From an uncultured Clostridia bacterium (GTDB lineage Bacteria; Bacillota; Clostridia; TANB77; CAG-508): 64,000 nucleotides of DNA. Both the position numbers and the translations under genes were made by a program. Where the stretch lies: contig CAKPMJ010000002.1 in assembly GCA_934167965.1 (NCBI GenBank), positions 90,907-154,906 of the forward strand. Direction: 5' to 3'. Of this stretch, positions 28,112-38,612 are shown piece by piece; the stretch's first letter is position 1; each line of letters begins with the position of its first letter. The notes under the pieces are model-generated. The model searched no databases. It saw only the letters and a list, made by a program, of their open reading frames with translations, and was not told the DNA's origin.

Positions 28112-29860
28112 TCATTTCTTTGCTAATATTTTTTCAAATTCTTTAAATCTTTTTACTTTTTGAGTAGTAGTCTTTTCAAGTGGCTCAGTTGTTATTATTA
28201 ATTCTTTTATTCTCTTAAATACTGGTAAGCTCTTATTTATTTCTTTTATATCTTCCCATACCAAGTTTTTATATTCTTTTTCTGTTTTATCGCCGAATTT
28301 TTCTTTTATAATTTCTGGATCATATACTAATTTTATTCCTAGACTAATTTCTCCTTTTGTATTTTCTCTTGGATATAATATACTTTCTGTAACATAAGGT
28401 AATTTATTTACTAAGAATTCAATGTCACTTGGAAATACATTTTCACCATTTTTTAATACTATCACATCTTTCTTTCTTCCAGATATAAATAAATATCCAT
28501 CTTTATTATAGTATCCTAAGTCTCCTGTATGGAACCATCCATCTTTCATAACACTTTCTGTTGCTTCTGGGTTCTCATAATATCCAAGCATAACATTAGG
28601 TCCTTTTACAACTATTTCTCCAACACCATTTTCATCAACATCTTCTAATTTTAATTCAACATTATATGGTGCCATTCCTACACTTCCTGGGCATTTTTGT
28701 TTATCTGTTTCAGCTGCAACTAATGGTGATGTTTCTGTTAAACCATATCCTTGAACTGTTTCTATACCAAAACTGTTGTATCCATCTATTACTTTTTTAT
28801 CCATTGCTGCTGCTCCAAAATATGCTATTCTTAAATTCCCTCCAAGTTGATCTAACACACTTTTAAATAATTTTCTTCTTACATCTATATGTAGTTTTAA
28901 TAATCCATTGGCTAATCCACTCATTGTATCAACTAGTTTTGCTTTTCCTTGATCTTCTATAGATTTTCTTATCTTTTTATATATTGTTTCTAATACTAAT
29001 GGTACAGCAACAAATACACTTACTTTATATTCTACTAAGTTCTTAGCAATATATTTTAATCCATCACAAAATGCTACTGTAACTCCACTATAAAATCCAT
29101 ATAAAAATGTTATTGTGCATTCAAATGTATGATGTAATGGTAAAAATGATAATAAGACATCATTATCATACATTTTAGACATCTTAGCCATAGCAATTAT
29201 ATTAGATGTAATATTTTTTTGTGATAACATTACACCTTTTGCCATGCTTGTTGTTCCTGATGTAAATATTAATATACTCATTTTATTGTTATCAATTTTC
29301 ACATCTGCATATCTATGGTCACCATCTTCTATTTTCTTCATTCCTTGTTCAACTAATTCTTTAAATGATAATATACCATTTTCCTCTTTTTTCAAGTCCA
29401 TATTTATATAGTATTTTATTGTTTCGTTTTCTTCTCTTATACTATTGAAAACTTCGTTATATTTATTTTCATATATAACAGCATCAACTTTACTTCTTTC
29501 AATTAGATTTTTTATTTCTTGTTCTGGTAATGCTTTATCTAATGGCACTACTACCATATTAGATGTTGTTATTGCAAAATAACTTTCACACCATTCATAT
29601 CTATTATTTCCTATTAATGCAATTTTTTTATTTTCCAATCCTAATTCAAGTAACATTGTTCCCAATGCTTCTACTTCTTTTTTTACCTCTGAATAAGTTT
29701 TTTCTATTACTTTTTGATTCTTCTTCCCTAAGTTTTCTTTAAACTTGTATGCTACATTATTTGGGTATGTTTCACAACTATGGTTTATTAACTCCCTAAA
29801 ATTATTAATTTCATAAACTTCATAAAGATTACTATTTAATTTTTTCATTTTTCCCTCCAT
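28112..29860 (-). CDS. AMP-dependent synthetase/ligase (long-chain acyl-CoA synthetase, FAA1-type)
   Basis: AMP-binding motifs (IFTSGTTSMAKGV; GYGLTETSP; TGDLGYYNKDGYLFISGRKKD; VKRFKEFEK). Confidence 0.85.
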   Translation of the reverse strand: MEGKMKKLNSNLYEVYEINNFRELINHSCETYPNNVAYKFKENLGKKNQKVIEKTYSEVKKEVEALGTMLLELGLENKKIALIGNNRYEWCESYFAITTSNMVVVPLDKALPEQEIKNLIERSKVDAVIYENKYNEVFNSIREENETIKYYINMDLKKEENGILSFKELVEQGMKKIEDGDHRYADVKIDNNKMSILIFTSGTTSMAKGVMLSQKNITSNIIAMAKMSKMYDNDVLLSFLPLHHTFECTITFLYGFYSGVTVAFCDGLKYIAKNLVEYKVSVFVAVPLVLETIYKKIRKSIEDQGKAKLVDTMSGLANGLLKLHIDVRRKLFKSVLDQLGGNLRIAYFGAAAMDKKVIDGYNSFGIETVQGYGLTETSPLVAAETDKQKCPGSVGMAPYNVELKLEDVDENGVGEIVVKGPNVMLGYYENPEATESVMKDGWFHTGDLGYYNKDGYLFISGRKKDVIVLKNGENVFPSDIEFLVNKLPYVTESILYPRENTKGEISLGIKLVYDPEIIKEKFGDKTEKEYKNLVWEDIKEINKSLPVFKRIKELIITTEPLEKTTTQKVKRFKEFEKILAKK

Positions 29861-30011
29861 ATTGTTTTATTTTTACTTATATACTTTAGCACAAATCTAT
29901 ATAAAAAATCAAGAAAATCTTATAATTTGCACATTCTACTTTTTTGTGGTATACTAGTAGAGTAAAAAATAGAATTCTACCCACAGTAGAATATGGAGGA
30001 AATATATTGTT

Positions 30012-30596
30012 ATGAGTGATTTAAAAGAAATTATTGCAACCAATATAACTAAGTTAAGAAAAAACCAAAAAATAACTCAAGTTCAATTTTCAAATGAATT
30101 AAATTATTCTGATAAAGCTGTTTCAAAATGGGAAAGAGCAGAATCTATCCCTGATATAATTGTTTTAAAACAAATTGCAGACTTTTTTGGAGTAACAGTT
30201 GATTTTTTATTAAATGAACATGATGAAAATGAAGAGTTGCCAAAAACTACTGAGAAAAAAAGTACTATAAATAAATTACCATTAACTCTTTTGTCTGTAT
30301 CTCCTGTATGGGCAATTGCATGCCTTATATTTACTTTAATTGCTCTTTTTAAAAATCTATATATTTGGCCTATATTTTATGTTTGTGTTCCAATTACATT
30401 GCTATTATTTATTATTTTTAATAGTATATGGGGAGATAGAAAGAGAAATTATTTCATAATCTCTGCTTTTATATGGTCTATACTTATTTGTTTATACATA
30501 ATTTTTATAAATTATAATAATATATGGCAAATTTTTATTTTAGGAATACCAGCTCAAATTATAATATGGCTTTGGTCTAGATTAAAGAAAAGATAA
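30012..30596 (+). CDS. XRE-family HTH regulator with C-terminal transmembrane segments
   Basis: HTH_3 (ITQVQFSNELNYSDKAVSKWERAESIPDIIVLKQIADFFGVTVDFLL) followed by ~4 TM helices. Palindrome GTAGAATTCTAC sits in its promoter region (29968-29990). Confidence 0.75.
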   Translation: MSDLKEIIATNITKLRKNQKITQVQFSNELNYSDKAVSKWERAESIPDIIVLKQIADFFGVTVDFLLNEHDENEELPKTTEKKSTINKLPLTLLSVSPVWAIACLIFTLIALFKNLYIWPIFYVCVPITLLLFIIFNSIWGDRKRNYFIISAFIWSILICLYIIFINYNNIWQIFILGIPAQIIIWLWSRLKKR

Positions 30597-30639
30597 TTAT
30601 TAAATGTTTTTAACATCTAATAATTATCTTTTTTAAATT

Positions 30640-31401
30640 TTACTCATAATCTACAACATTTATCCATTTGCTTAGAAATTCTTGTTCTTCTTCTTTTCCT
30701 TTAGACATTTGAGTTGCAGCAACTATAGGAATCCATCTTTGAATATTTGATTTTGCAATTCCTGTTTTTTCTGAAAATAAATTAATATATTTTTCAGCTA
30801 ATTCAGTCTGTCCTTCAATAGATAGTATTAAAAATGTTCTTGCTGCATCTGCTGATGCATTTCCTTGTGTTACATGCGCCCAGTCTATTACATAAGCTTC
30901 TCCATTATCTTTTATAATTATGTTACTTGGATTAAAATCTCCATGGCATAGTTTAGTGTGATTTTTCATTCCTTCTAATCTTTGTAATAATTCATATTTT
31001 GTATTATCATCAATATTTTTAGCATCATTTAGTTTTCTTCTAAATTTGTCTTTAGTTCTATTTAATAATGTAACTGTATTTGATAATATCTTCATTTGAA
31101 TATCAACAAAAAGATTTAGATATTCTCCCTCTTTTTCTGGATGTTCACTCATTAATTTATCAAGTGGAGTTCCCTCTATATGTTCTGATACTAATGCCCA
31201 TCTATTGTCTATTTTAGTTACTTCTAATAGTTTTGGTACATTTAATTCTGTCCCCTCTTCCACTCTTGCTTGATTTAAAGCCTCATTTAATATATCAGCT
31301 TTTGAATAATTTTCTATAAATAATTTTATAGTTTTATCATTATCTTTGTAAACTGTTTTTGTTTTTCTTTCTACTATTGGATTATTTAAATTATAATTCA
31401 T
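30640..31401 (-). CDS. Phosphotransferase (APH/choline-kinase-like) family protein
   Basis: Catalytic loop HGDFNPSNIII and DWAHV (HGD..N...D). Confidence 0.7.
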   Translation of the reverse strand: MNYNLNNPIVERKTKTVYKDNDKTIKLFIENYSKADILNEALNQARVEEGTELNVPKLLEVTKIDNRWALVSEHIEGTPLDKLMSEHPEKEGEYLNLFVDIQMKILSNTVTLLNRTKDKFRRKLNDAKNIDDNTKYELLQRLEGMKNHTKLCHGDFNPSNIIIKDNGEAYVIDWAHVTQGNASADAARTFLILSIEGQTELAEKYINLFSEKTGIAKSNIQRWIPIVAATQMSKGKEEEQEFLSKWINVVDYE

Positions 31402-31421
31402 ATCTTTTCTTCCTTTCTAAT

Positions 31422-34025
31422 TTATTCTCCATAATATGCTTTTAAATACATTTCTTTAATCTCACTAATCAATGGATATCTAGGGTTAGCACCAGTACAT
31501 TGATCGTCAAATGCCTGTTCTGACATTTCATCAAGTTTTTCTAGGAAGTATTTTTCATCAACACCATAATCTTTAATAGTCTTCTTAATTCCAATTTTCT
31601 CTTTCAATTCATCAATAGCTTTAATTAAGTTTTCCAAACTTTCTTCATCGTTTGCTCCACCCATTCCTAAGTTTTCAGCAACTTCTGCATATCTTCTTAA
31701 TGTATGTGGGTGATCATATTGTGGAAATGTTCCCATTTTACTTGGTACTTCAGCACTATTAAATCTTAAAACTAAATCTATCATTAATGCATTTGCAATT
31801 CCATGTGGTATATGATGGAAAGCTCCAAGTTTATGTGCCATAGAGTGGCATACTCCTAAAAATGCATTTGCGAACGCCATACCTGCCATTGTAGCTGCAT
31901 TTGCCATTTTTTCTCTTGCTTCTGGATCATTTGCTCCATTTTCATATGCTCTTGGTAAATACTTAAATATATTCTTTAATGATTCAATAGCTAATCCATC
32001 TGTATATTCTGTAGCCATCATTGATGCATATGCTTCTAAGCAGTGTGTAACTGCATCTATACCTGATGCTGATGTTAAACCTTTAGGTGCATTCATCATC
32101 ATATTGCAATCTACAATTGCCATTTTTGGTAGTAATTCATAATCTGCAAGAGGATATTTTGTTCCTGTCTTCTCATCTGTTATAACTGCAAAAGGTGTTA
32201 CTTCAGAACCTGTACCAGCTGATGTTGGAACAGCTATAAAATATGCTTTTTCACCCATTTTAGGGAAAGTATATACTCTCTTTCTGATATCCATAAATCT
32301 CATTGCCATATCTAAGAAGTCAACTTCAGGATGTTCATACATAACCCACATAATTTTACCAGCATCCATTGCAGAGCCTCCACCAACTGCAATTATTGCA
32401 TCTGGTTTAAATTCATTCATTGCTCTTGTTCCTTCTATTGCACAACTAAGTGTAGGATCAGGTTCAACATTTGAAAATGTTGTGTGTTCAATTCCTAATT
32501 CATCTAATTTATCTGTTATAGGTTTTGTATAACCATTTTGGAATAAGAATGTATCTGTTACTATAAATACCTTTTTCTTATCCATTACATTTTTTAATTC
32601 TTCTAAGGCTACAGGTAAGCAACCTCTTTTTATATATACCTTTTCAGGTGCTCTAAACCAAAGCATATTTTCTCTCCTTTCAGCAACTGTTTTTATATTT
32701 ACTAAATGTTTTATTCCTACATTTTCTGATACTGAGTTTCCTCCCCATGAACCGCAACCAAGTGTTAATGATGGAGCTAATTTAAAGTTATATAAATCTC
32801 CTATCCCACCTTGTGATGATGGAGTATTTATAAGTACTCTACATGTTCTCATATTACTATAGAATTTTTCGATTTTTTCTTTGCCTGAAATTGTATCAAC
32901 ATATAATGATGATGTATGTCCTAATCCTCCATCATTTATTAAATGTGCTGCTTTTCCTATTGCATCATCAAAATCTTTAGCTCTATACATTGCAAGAACC
33001 GGTGATAATTTTTCATGTGCAAATTCTTCTGAAAGTTCTACACTTTCAACCTCTCCAATTAATATTTTTGCATTTTCTGGAACATTGACTTCTGCTAATG
33101 CTGCTATTGTATGTGCTTTTTGTCCAACTATTTTCGCATTTAATGCTCCATTTATAATTATTGTTTTTCTTACTTTTTCTGTTTCTTCAGGATTTAAGAA
33201 ATAACATCCTCTTTTTTCAAATTCTTTTTTTACTTCATCATAAATTTTATCTAACACAATTACTGACTGTTCAGATGCACAAATCATACCATTATCAAAT
33301 GTTTTTGAGTGTATTATTGAGTTTACTGCTAAAATTATATTTGCTGATTCATCTATTACAGCTGGTGTATTTCCTGCACCAACTCCAAGTGCTGGCTTTC
33401 CACTTGAATATGCTGATTTTACCATACCTGGTCCACCTGTTGCCAAAATTGTATCAGCTGATTGCATTAATGTATTTGTAAGTTCAAGTGATGGTACATC
33501 TATCCATGCAATTATTCCTTCTGGAGCTCCAGCTTCTACTGCTGCTTCTAAAACTATTTTTGCAGCTTCAATAGTTGAATTTTTTGCTCTTGGATGTGGA
33601 CTTATTATAATTCCATTTCTTGTTTTTAAACAAATTAATGTTTTAAATATTGCTGTTGATGTTGGATTTGTTGTTGGTATAACTGCTGCAATTACACCTA
33701 TTGGTTCTAAGACTTTTTTTATACCATAATAAGTATCCTCTTCAACTACTCCACATGTTTTTTCATTTTTATACTTGTTGTAGATATATTCAGATGCATA
33801 ATGATTTTTTATTATTTTATCTTCTACAACACCCATTCCAGTTTCCTCTACTGCCATCTTAGCTAATGGAATTCTAGCTTTATTTGCTGCAATCGCAGCA
33901 GCTTTAAAAATTTCATCAACTTTTTCTTGTGAAAATTTTGCAAACTCTTCTTGTGCCATTCTAACTTTTGCGATAGTTTCTTGTAATCTGTCTACACTAT
34001 CTACGATTTCGTACTCTTTACTCAT
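31422..34025 (-). CDS. adhE: Bifunctional aldehyde/alcohol dehydrogenase AdhE
   Basis: 867 aa: N-terminal ALDH domain, C-terminal Fe-ADH domain (GGGSAMDAGK..., HxxxH iron site). Confidence 0.95.
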   Translation of the reverse strand: MSKEYEIVDSVDRLQETIAKVRMAQEEFAKFSQEKVDEIFKAAAIAANKARIPLAKMAVEETGMGVVEDKIIKNHYASEYIYNKYKNEKTCGVVEEDTYYGIKKVLEPIGVIAAVIPTTNPTSTAIFKTLICLKTRNGIIISPHPRAKNSTIEAAKIVLEAAVEAGAPEGIIAWIDVPSLELTNTLMQSADTILATGGPGMVKSAYSSGKPALGVGAGNTPAVIDESANIILAVNSIIHSKTFDNGMICASEQSVIVLDKIYDEVKKEFEKRGCYFLNPEETEKVRKTIIINGALNAKIVGQKAHTIAALAEVNVPENAKILIGEVESVELSEEFAHEKLSPVLAMYRAKDFDDAIGKAAHLINDGGLGHTSSLYVDTISGKEKIEKFYSNMRTCRVLINTPSSQGGIGDLYNFKLAPSLTLGCGSWGGNSVSENVGIKHLVNIKTVAERRENMLWFRAPEKVYIKRGCLPVALEELKNVMDKKKVFIVTDTFLFQNGYTKPITDKLDELGIEHTTFSNVEPDPTLSCAIEGTRAMNEFKPDAIIAVGGGSAMDAGKIMWVMYEHPEVDFLDMAMRFMDIRKRVYTFPKMGEKAYFIAVPTSAGTGSEVTPFAVITDEKTGTKYPLADYELLPKMAIVDCNMMMNAPKGLTSASGIDAVTHCLEAYASMMATEYTDGLAIESLKNIFKYLPRAYENGANDPEAREKMANAATMAGMAFANAFLGVCHSMAHKLGAFHHIPHGIANALMIDLVLRFNSAEVPSKMGTFPQYDHPHTLRRYAEVAENLGMGGANDEESLENLIKAIDELKEKIGIKKTIKDYGVDEKYFLEKLDEMSEQAFDDQCTGANPRYPLISEIKEMYLKAYYGE

Positions 34026-35475
34026 GTTGTTTTTCCTCCTTATTTTTTTTATTGTTTAAATTATATAACTTTATTGAATTTTGGATATCTTGCTCTTTAG
34101 CTTGTTTTCCAAATTTATCAATTTCTACAACATTTTTTGGCCCATGATGTATGCATAACGCTCCATTTAAGCATCCACCATCACATGCCATTCCTTCAAA
34201 GAAATTGTTTAGTGATTTACCCATTTTTAGTTTTAATAAATTTACTTTGCATTCTGTAATACCGTTCATTGCAACAGGTTTAATATCATCTATATCAAAA
34301 TATTCTTTTGCAACACTTTCAATTCCTTGTGATATTCCTCCTGACTTTGCAAATATTCTACCATAAAATGATGCATTATTCAAAACAGTTTCTTCCAATT
34401 TTTCCATATTTATTTCTTTAGCATCTAAAAATGCTTGTAATTCTTCGAATGATATAACTGTATCAATTGCTCCTTTTGTTTTTTCTAGTTTATACTCCAT
34501 TTTTTTACTTGTACATGGACCTATAAATATAACTTTTGCTGTTGGATCTGACTCTTTTATAAGTTCACCTGTATATACCATTGGAGATACAGAACTTGAT
34601 ATGTACTTTTTTAGTTCTGGAAAATTTTTTTCCACATACATTACAAAAGATGGACAACAAGATGTTGTTAATATTCCTTTTTCTTTGAATTCTTCTGCTT
34701 CATGATATAGTGTTATATCTGCACCAAGTGCCGCTTCTACAACCTGATGAAATCCTAGTTTCATTATTCCAGTAACTACTTGTTCTGGTTTTACATTTTC
34801 AAATTGTCCTGCTATTGATGGTGCTATAACTGCATATACTTTATAATTTTTATTATTGTCAGATTTTCTTAGTATATCTATTGCATCTAATATATTAGAT
34901 TTATCTGATATTGCTCCAAATGGACATTGATATACACACGCTCCGCATGATATACATTTATCATTATCAATTTTAGCTTTTTTATTTTCATCAATTGAGA
35001 TTGCATCAACTTTACATGCTTTTATACATGGTCTTTCTTGCTTTATTATTGCCGAATATGGACAAACTGTGGTACACTTACCACATTCTACACATTTTTC
35101 CTTATTAATGCAAGCCTTATGATTAATTATTGAAATTGCACCTCTAGGACATACTTCTACACATCTATGTACTAAACATCCTCTACATGCTGGTGTAACA
35201 TACATTCCCTCTGTTGGACATTCATCACACGCTATGTCTATTACTTCAACAGAATTAGGATTTTCTTTATTTCCTCCTAAAGCTAAAGTTACTCTTTCTT
35301 CTATGATTGCTCTATCTTTATATACACAACAACGAGCAATAGGTTTTGGTCCTGGTGATATTTTCTTTGGTATATCTTTATAGCAGGAAACTAAGTCGTC
35401 ATTATATGCTTTTTTTATTATTTCTTTCAGCACATCATATTTCAATTGCTGCACATAAGTATCAAATTTATTCAT
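34018..35475 (-). CDS. [FeFe]-hydrogenase-like protein (HfsD-like: 4Fe-4S ferredoxin domains plus H-cluster domain)
   Basis: Multiple CxxCxxCxxxCP motifs. H-cluster motifs P1 TSCCPSF, P2 GPCTSKKME, P3 EGMACDGGCLNG. 8-nt overlap with adhE. Confidence 0.75.
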   Translation of the reverse strand: MNKFDTYVQQLKYDVLKEIIKKAYNDDLVSCYKDIPKKISPGPKPIARCCVYKDRAIIEERVTLALGGNKENPNSVEVIDIACDECPTEGMYVTPACRGCLVHRCVEVCPRGAISIINHKACINKEKCVECGKCTTVCPYSAIIKQERPCIKACKVDAISIDENKKAKIDNDKCISCGACVYQCPFGAISDKSNILDAIDILRKSDNNKNYKVYAVIAPSIAGQFENVKPEQVVTGIMKLGFHQVVEAALGADITLYHEAEEFKEKGILTTSCCPSFVMYVEKNFPELKKYISSSVSPMVYTGELIKESDPTAKVIFIGPCTSKKMEYKLEKTKGAIDTVISFEELQAFLDAKEINMEKLEETVLNNASFYGRIFAKSGGISQGIESVAKEYFDIDDIKPVAMNGITECKVNLLKLKMGKSLNNFFEGMACDGGCLNGALCIHHGPKNVVEIDKFGKQAKEQDIQNSIKLYNLNNKKNKEEKQHE

Positions 35476-35488
35476 TGCAACACTTCCT

Positions 35489-36650
35489 TTAATAATATTT
35501 AACTTCTATTCTTTTTCCCATTAATTTCAAGTTTTCTGAAAGTTTTTCTACTAATTTAAACTTTAATGTACTGTCTATTGGTAATCCTGTATGAGCTTCA
35601 TTTACTGCTTGACCAACAAAAAAATGTACATCTGTTGCCTGTTCAAACAAAAAATTTGCAAGTTGTGAAGCTCCATCTTTTTTTAAGAAATTTTTTGGTA
35701 TATCACTATCTATTTTCAAATATTCTTCTGATAGTTCAATTAATTTTCTTATTGTCAATACTCCCTCTGTTGTTAAATCAATTCCCTTTATATAACCGAT
35801 TGGTGGAATCTCGCTGTCTATATAATTAAAATCTGTTTCTACTTTTTCTCCTAAATAATCTGCTACTATTTGAGATGTTGTTCCTCCACATACAATCCTA
35901 ATTCCCTTATTTTCCAAAAAGTCTTCAACATATTTTCCACAATCTTCTCTTCTTACAGGTGGTCCAATCATAATGTTTACTTGACTTTCTTTTCTTATTT
36001 TAATTGCTGCAACTGTAGTATCATCTCCTGGTTCTCCCATATAGAGAGATTCACTTGAACTTGCTAAAACATTTGCAATACATCTAGCCGACATTTTTGA
36101 ATTTATATTTTCTTTTAGATATTCTATAATATCTTCTCTCTGCCAACCCAAGTTTAATGTCTTACCAATTCCTGCATGTGGTACTCCATCTGACATAAGT
36201 AGTATAACATCTTGATCTTTTAAATTTAAATTAGTTTTATATATTTTTTTATTTAATATATTTAATTCTTTTCTCTCTAATTCTCTTGGTACTCCATTGC
36301 TTAAAAAAATGCATTTAGGATTATCAAACTCAAACATAAATCCTTTTCCATCATTATTTATATGAATTACAGAAAATGTTGAATATGCAACTCCTCTTTC
36401 CTTACAGACTGGCAATGTTTGTGCAATTGTTTCTATACACTCTTCCATAGGAATATCATTAGATACCATCGTACTTAATATTTTAGATGTTAATGTTGCT
36501 AAAATATTTGCTTTTACTCCGGCTCCCTAATCCATCTGCTAATACTAGAGTTGTATATTCACCTTTTTTTACAATGGAAACCATATCTCCACATAATTCT
36601 TCTCCAAATTTATTAAATGAAGTATAACCATATTCAAGAAAAAGTCCCAT
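35489..36650 (-). pseudogene. PP2C/SpoIIE-type serine phosphatase (HfsC-like) interrupted by a +1 frameshift near 36520-36530
   Basis: N-terminal 55 codons start at ATG 36650 (TAATG-coupled to the upstream gene) and read ...CGDMVSIVKKGEYTTLVLADGLGS. After one extra C/G in the run CCGGCTCCC, the frame continues as GVKANILATLTSKILSTMVSNDIP... into ORF 35489..36469. Confidence 0.6.
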
Positions 36651-38350
36651 TATTTTTCTCCTTTATTCTCATCACTTAAAGTTTTTCTTAAATTTACTAA
36701 TGCAACTTTAGCTTCTGCTGTTGTTTCTCCCAAAAGTGATGCTATTTCTTGTGCTACTCTCATTTGTTTTTTTATTACTTCATCAGTAGTAGCAATTGTT
36801 TCTAATTTTACTTCTTTTAATTTTTCATCATAATTTACTTTATCAGTTATATCTTTTAAAATAGCAAACATCATATTATGATTTTCCATATGAGTAATTG
36901 ATAATTCAACATATGAATTTGTTTTTGAAATTTTCACTTGTTTAGAATATATATTTTTTTGTTCTGATAGTGCTTCTATAAAATCAATACTATCTTCTAC
37001 ACAATTTAATATACATGTTTTTTTAGGTCTAAAACCACTTATTCCTAATAAGGCTTTTGCTTTATTATTTATATCAATTATATTAAATTCTTTATCTATT
37101 ACAACAATTCCATTTGGGCTATTTTTTATAATCTCATAAGACATGTTTTCAGCTCTTTCTCTCATGTATGGTAAGCACATCTCTATATCTGCATATCCAT
37201 TTATTACAGCCCATGCCTTTTCTCTACATGTTGAATAACCACAAGCTCCACAGTTTAGTTCATCTTCTCTTGAATATTTTCCTGTTCTTTCTAAGACCTC
37301 TTTTATTTGTTCTTCTGTAGGTTCAATATCTTCTAGTTCTTTCATATTGTGATTATGACTTATATCAATTTTCTCTATATTTTCTCTTTTTACTTCTTCA
37401 TTTATTAATGCATTATTTTTTACATAATTACGAACTTTAGAGTTAGCTGTTATCGCAGTGTTATCTTTATTTAAACTACATGGTCCATTTATACATGAAG
37501 ATTGACATGTATTTAATTCAAGAAATACATTTTCCAAATTATCTATTTCTGCAAGTGTTTGCTTACATCTCTCTACTCCATCTACTGCTATATATTCATA
37601 TCCATCTGCAAGTTCTTTAAAAGATTTTATTATTCCTCTGCTTATTGGAAAAAATCTTGCTTTATTCCAACTAGCTTCTGTATTTGCATTAATTTCTTGT
37701 ATATTTATATTATATTCTTCAAATAAGCTTAATAAATCTTCAAAAGTCAATACTCCATCTATTAAACCTGACTCTTTTGCTTCTTTTTTCTTGGCTATAC
37801 AAGGTCCAATAAATACTATTTTACAGTCAGGATTTTCTTTTTTTAATAGCTTTGCATGAGCTATTGCAGGTGAATCAACTGGTGCTAAATATTTAAGAGC
37901 ATTTGGATAGTATAAGCTAATCATATTATTTACAGCTGGGCAACAAGAAGTTATAAAATTTTTATATTTCTTTTCTTTTAGTATTTTTTCATATTCTTCT
38001 ATAACTAGTTCTGCTCCTCTTGCAGTTTCTTCTGCAAAAGCAAAACCAACCTGTTTTAAAGCTTCATTAAATCCAGCAAAATTATTTAAATTAAAACTTG
38101 ATATAAATGATGGTGCAACACTTGCTATTACTTTATTATTTTTTAGAAGCCCTTTAACATCTTCTAATTCACTATGTACTTTTTTTGCATTTTGTGGACA
38201 AATTAATGTACATCTCCCACATAAAATACATCTTTCTTCTATAATTTTTGCTTGATTTTCTTCTATTTTTATTGCTTTAACAGGACAATTTTTTAAGCAT
38301 TTATAACAATTCTTACACTTAGCTTCTTTAAATTCTAAATACTTTAACAT
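36650..38350 (-). CDS. Sensory [FeFe]-hydrogenase-like protein with C-terminal PAS domain (HfsB-like, group C/D putative H2 sensor)
   Basis: N-terminal Fe-S Cys motifs; H-cluster-like motifs SCCPAVNNM and GPCIAKKKE; C-terminal PAS-like region. Confidence 0.7.
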   Translation of the reverse strand: MLKYLEFKEAKCKNCYKCLKNCPVKAIKIEENQAKIIEERCILCGRCTLICPQNAKKVHSELEDVKGLLKNNKVIASVAPSFISSFNLNNFAGFNEALKQVGFAFAEETARGAELVIEEYEKILKEKKYKNFITSCCPAVNNMISLYYPNALKYLAPVDSPAIAHAKLLKKENPDCKIVFIGPCIAKKKEAKESGLIDGVLTFEDLLSLFEEYNINIQEINANTEASWNKARFFPISRGIIKSFKELADGYEYIAVDGVERCKQTLAEIDNLENVFLELNTCQSSCINGPCSLNKDNTAITANSKVRNYVKNNALINEEVKRENIEKIDISHNHNMKELEDIEPTEEQIKEVLERTGKYSREDELNCGACGYSTCREKAWAVINGYADIEMCLPYMRERAENMSYEIIKNSPNGIVVIDKEFNIIDINNKAKALLGISGFRPKKTCILNCVEDSIDFIEALSEQKNIYSKQVKISKTNSYVELSITHMENHNMMFAILKDITDKVNYDEKLKEVKLETIATTDEVIKKQMRVAQEIASLLGETTAEAKVALVNLRKTLSDENKGEK

Positions 38351-38366
38351 ATTAATGACCTCTTCT

Positions 38367-38609
38367 TTAAATTTTATTTATTATTTGTTCATTAAATATT
38401 TTTTCTATATTTTCTGGACTTACATTTGATACAAGTTCATCATCAATCTTCATTGAAACACCATTTGAACAATTACCTAAACAAAAACTTGCTTTTAGTT
38501 CTATTTTATCTTCTAGTTCTTTTTCTTCTATCAAAGACTTTAATTTCTGTATTACATCATATGAACCTTTTAAATGACATGAACTTCCAACACATACCTT
38601 TATTTCCAT
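38367..38609 (-). CDS. Thioredoxin-like [2Fe-2S] ferredoxin (HfsA/NuoE-like)
   Basis: 80 aa with four Cys (CVGSSC...CLGNC). Confidence 0.6.
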   Translation of the reverse strand: MEIKVCVGSSCHLKGSYDVIQKLKSLIEEKELEDKIELKASFCLGNCSNGVSMKIDDELVSNVSPENIEKIFNEQIINKI

Positions 38610-38612
38610 TTT

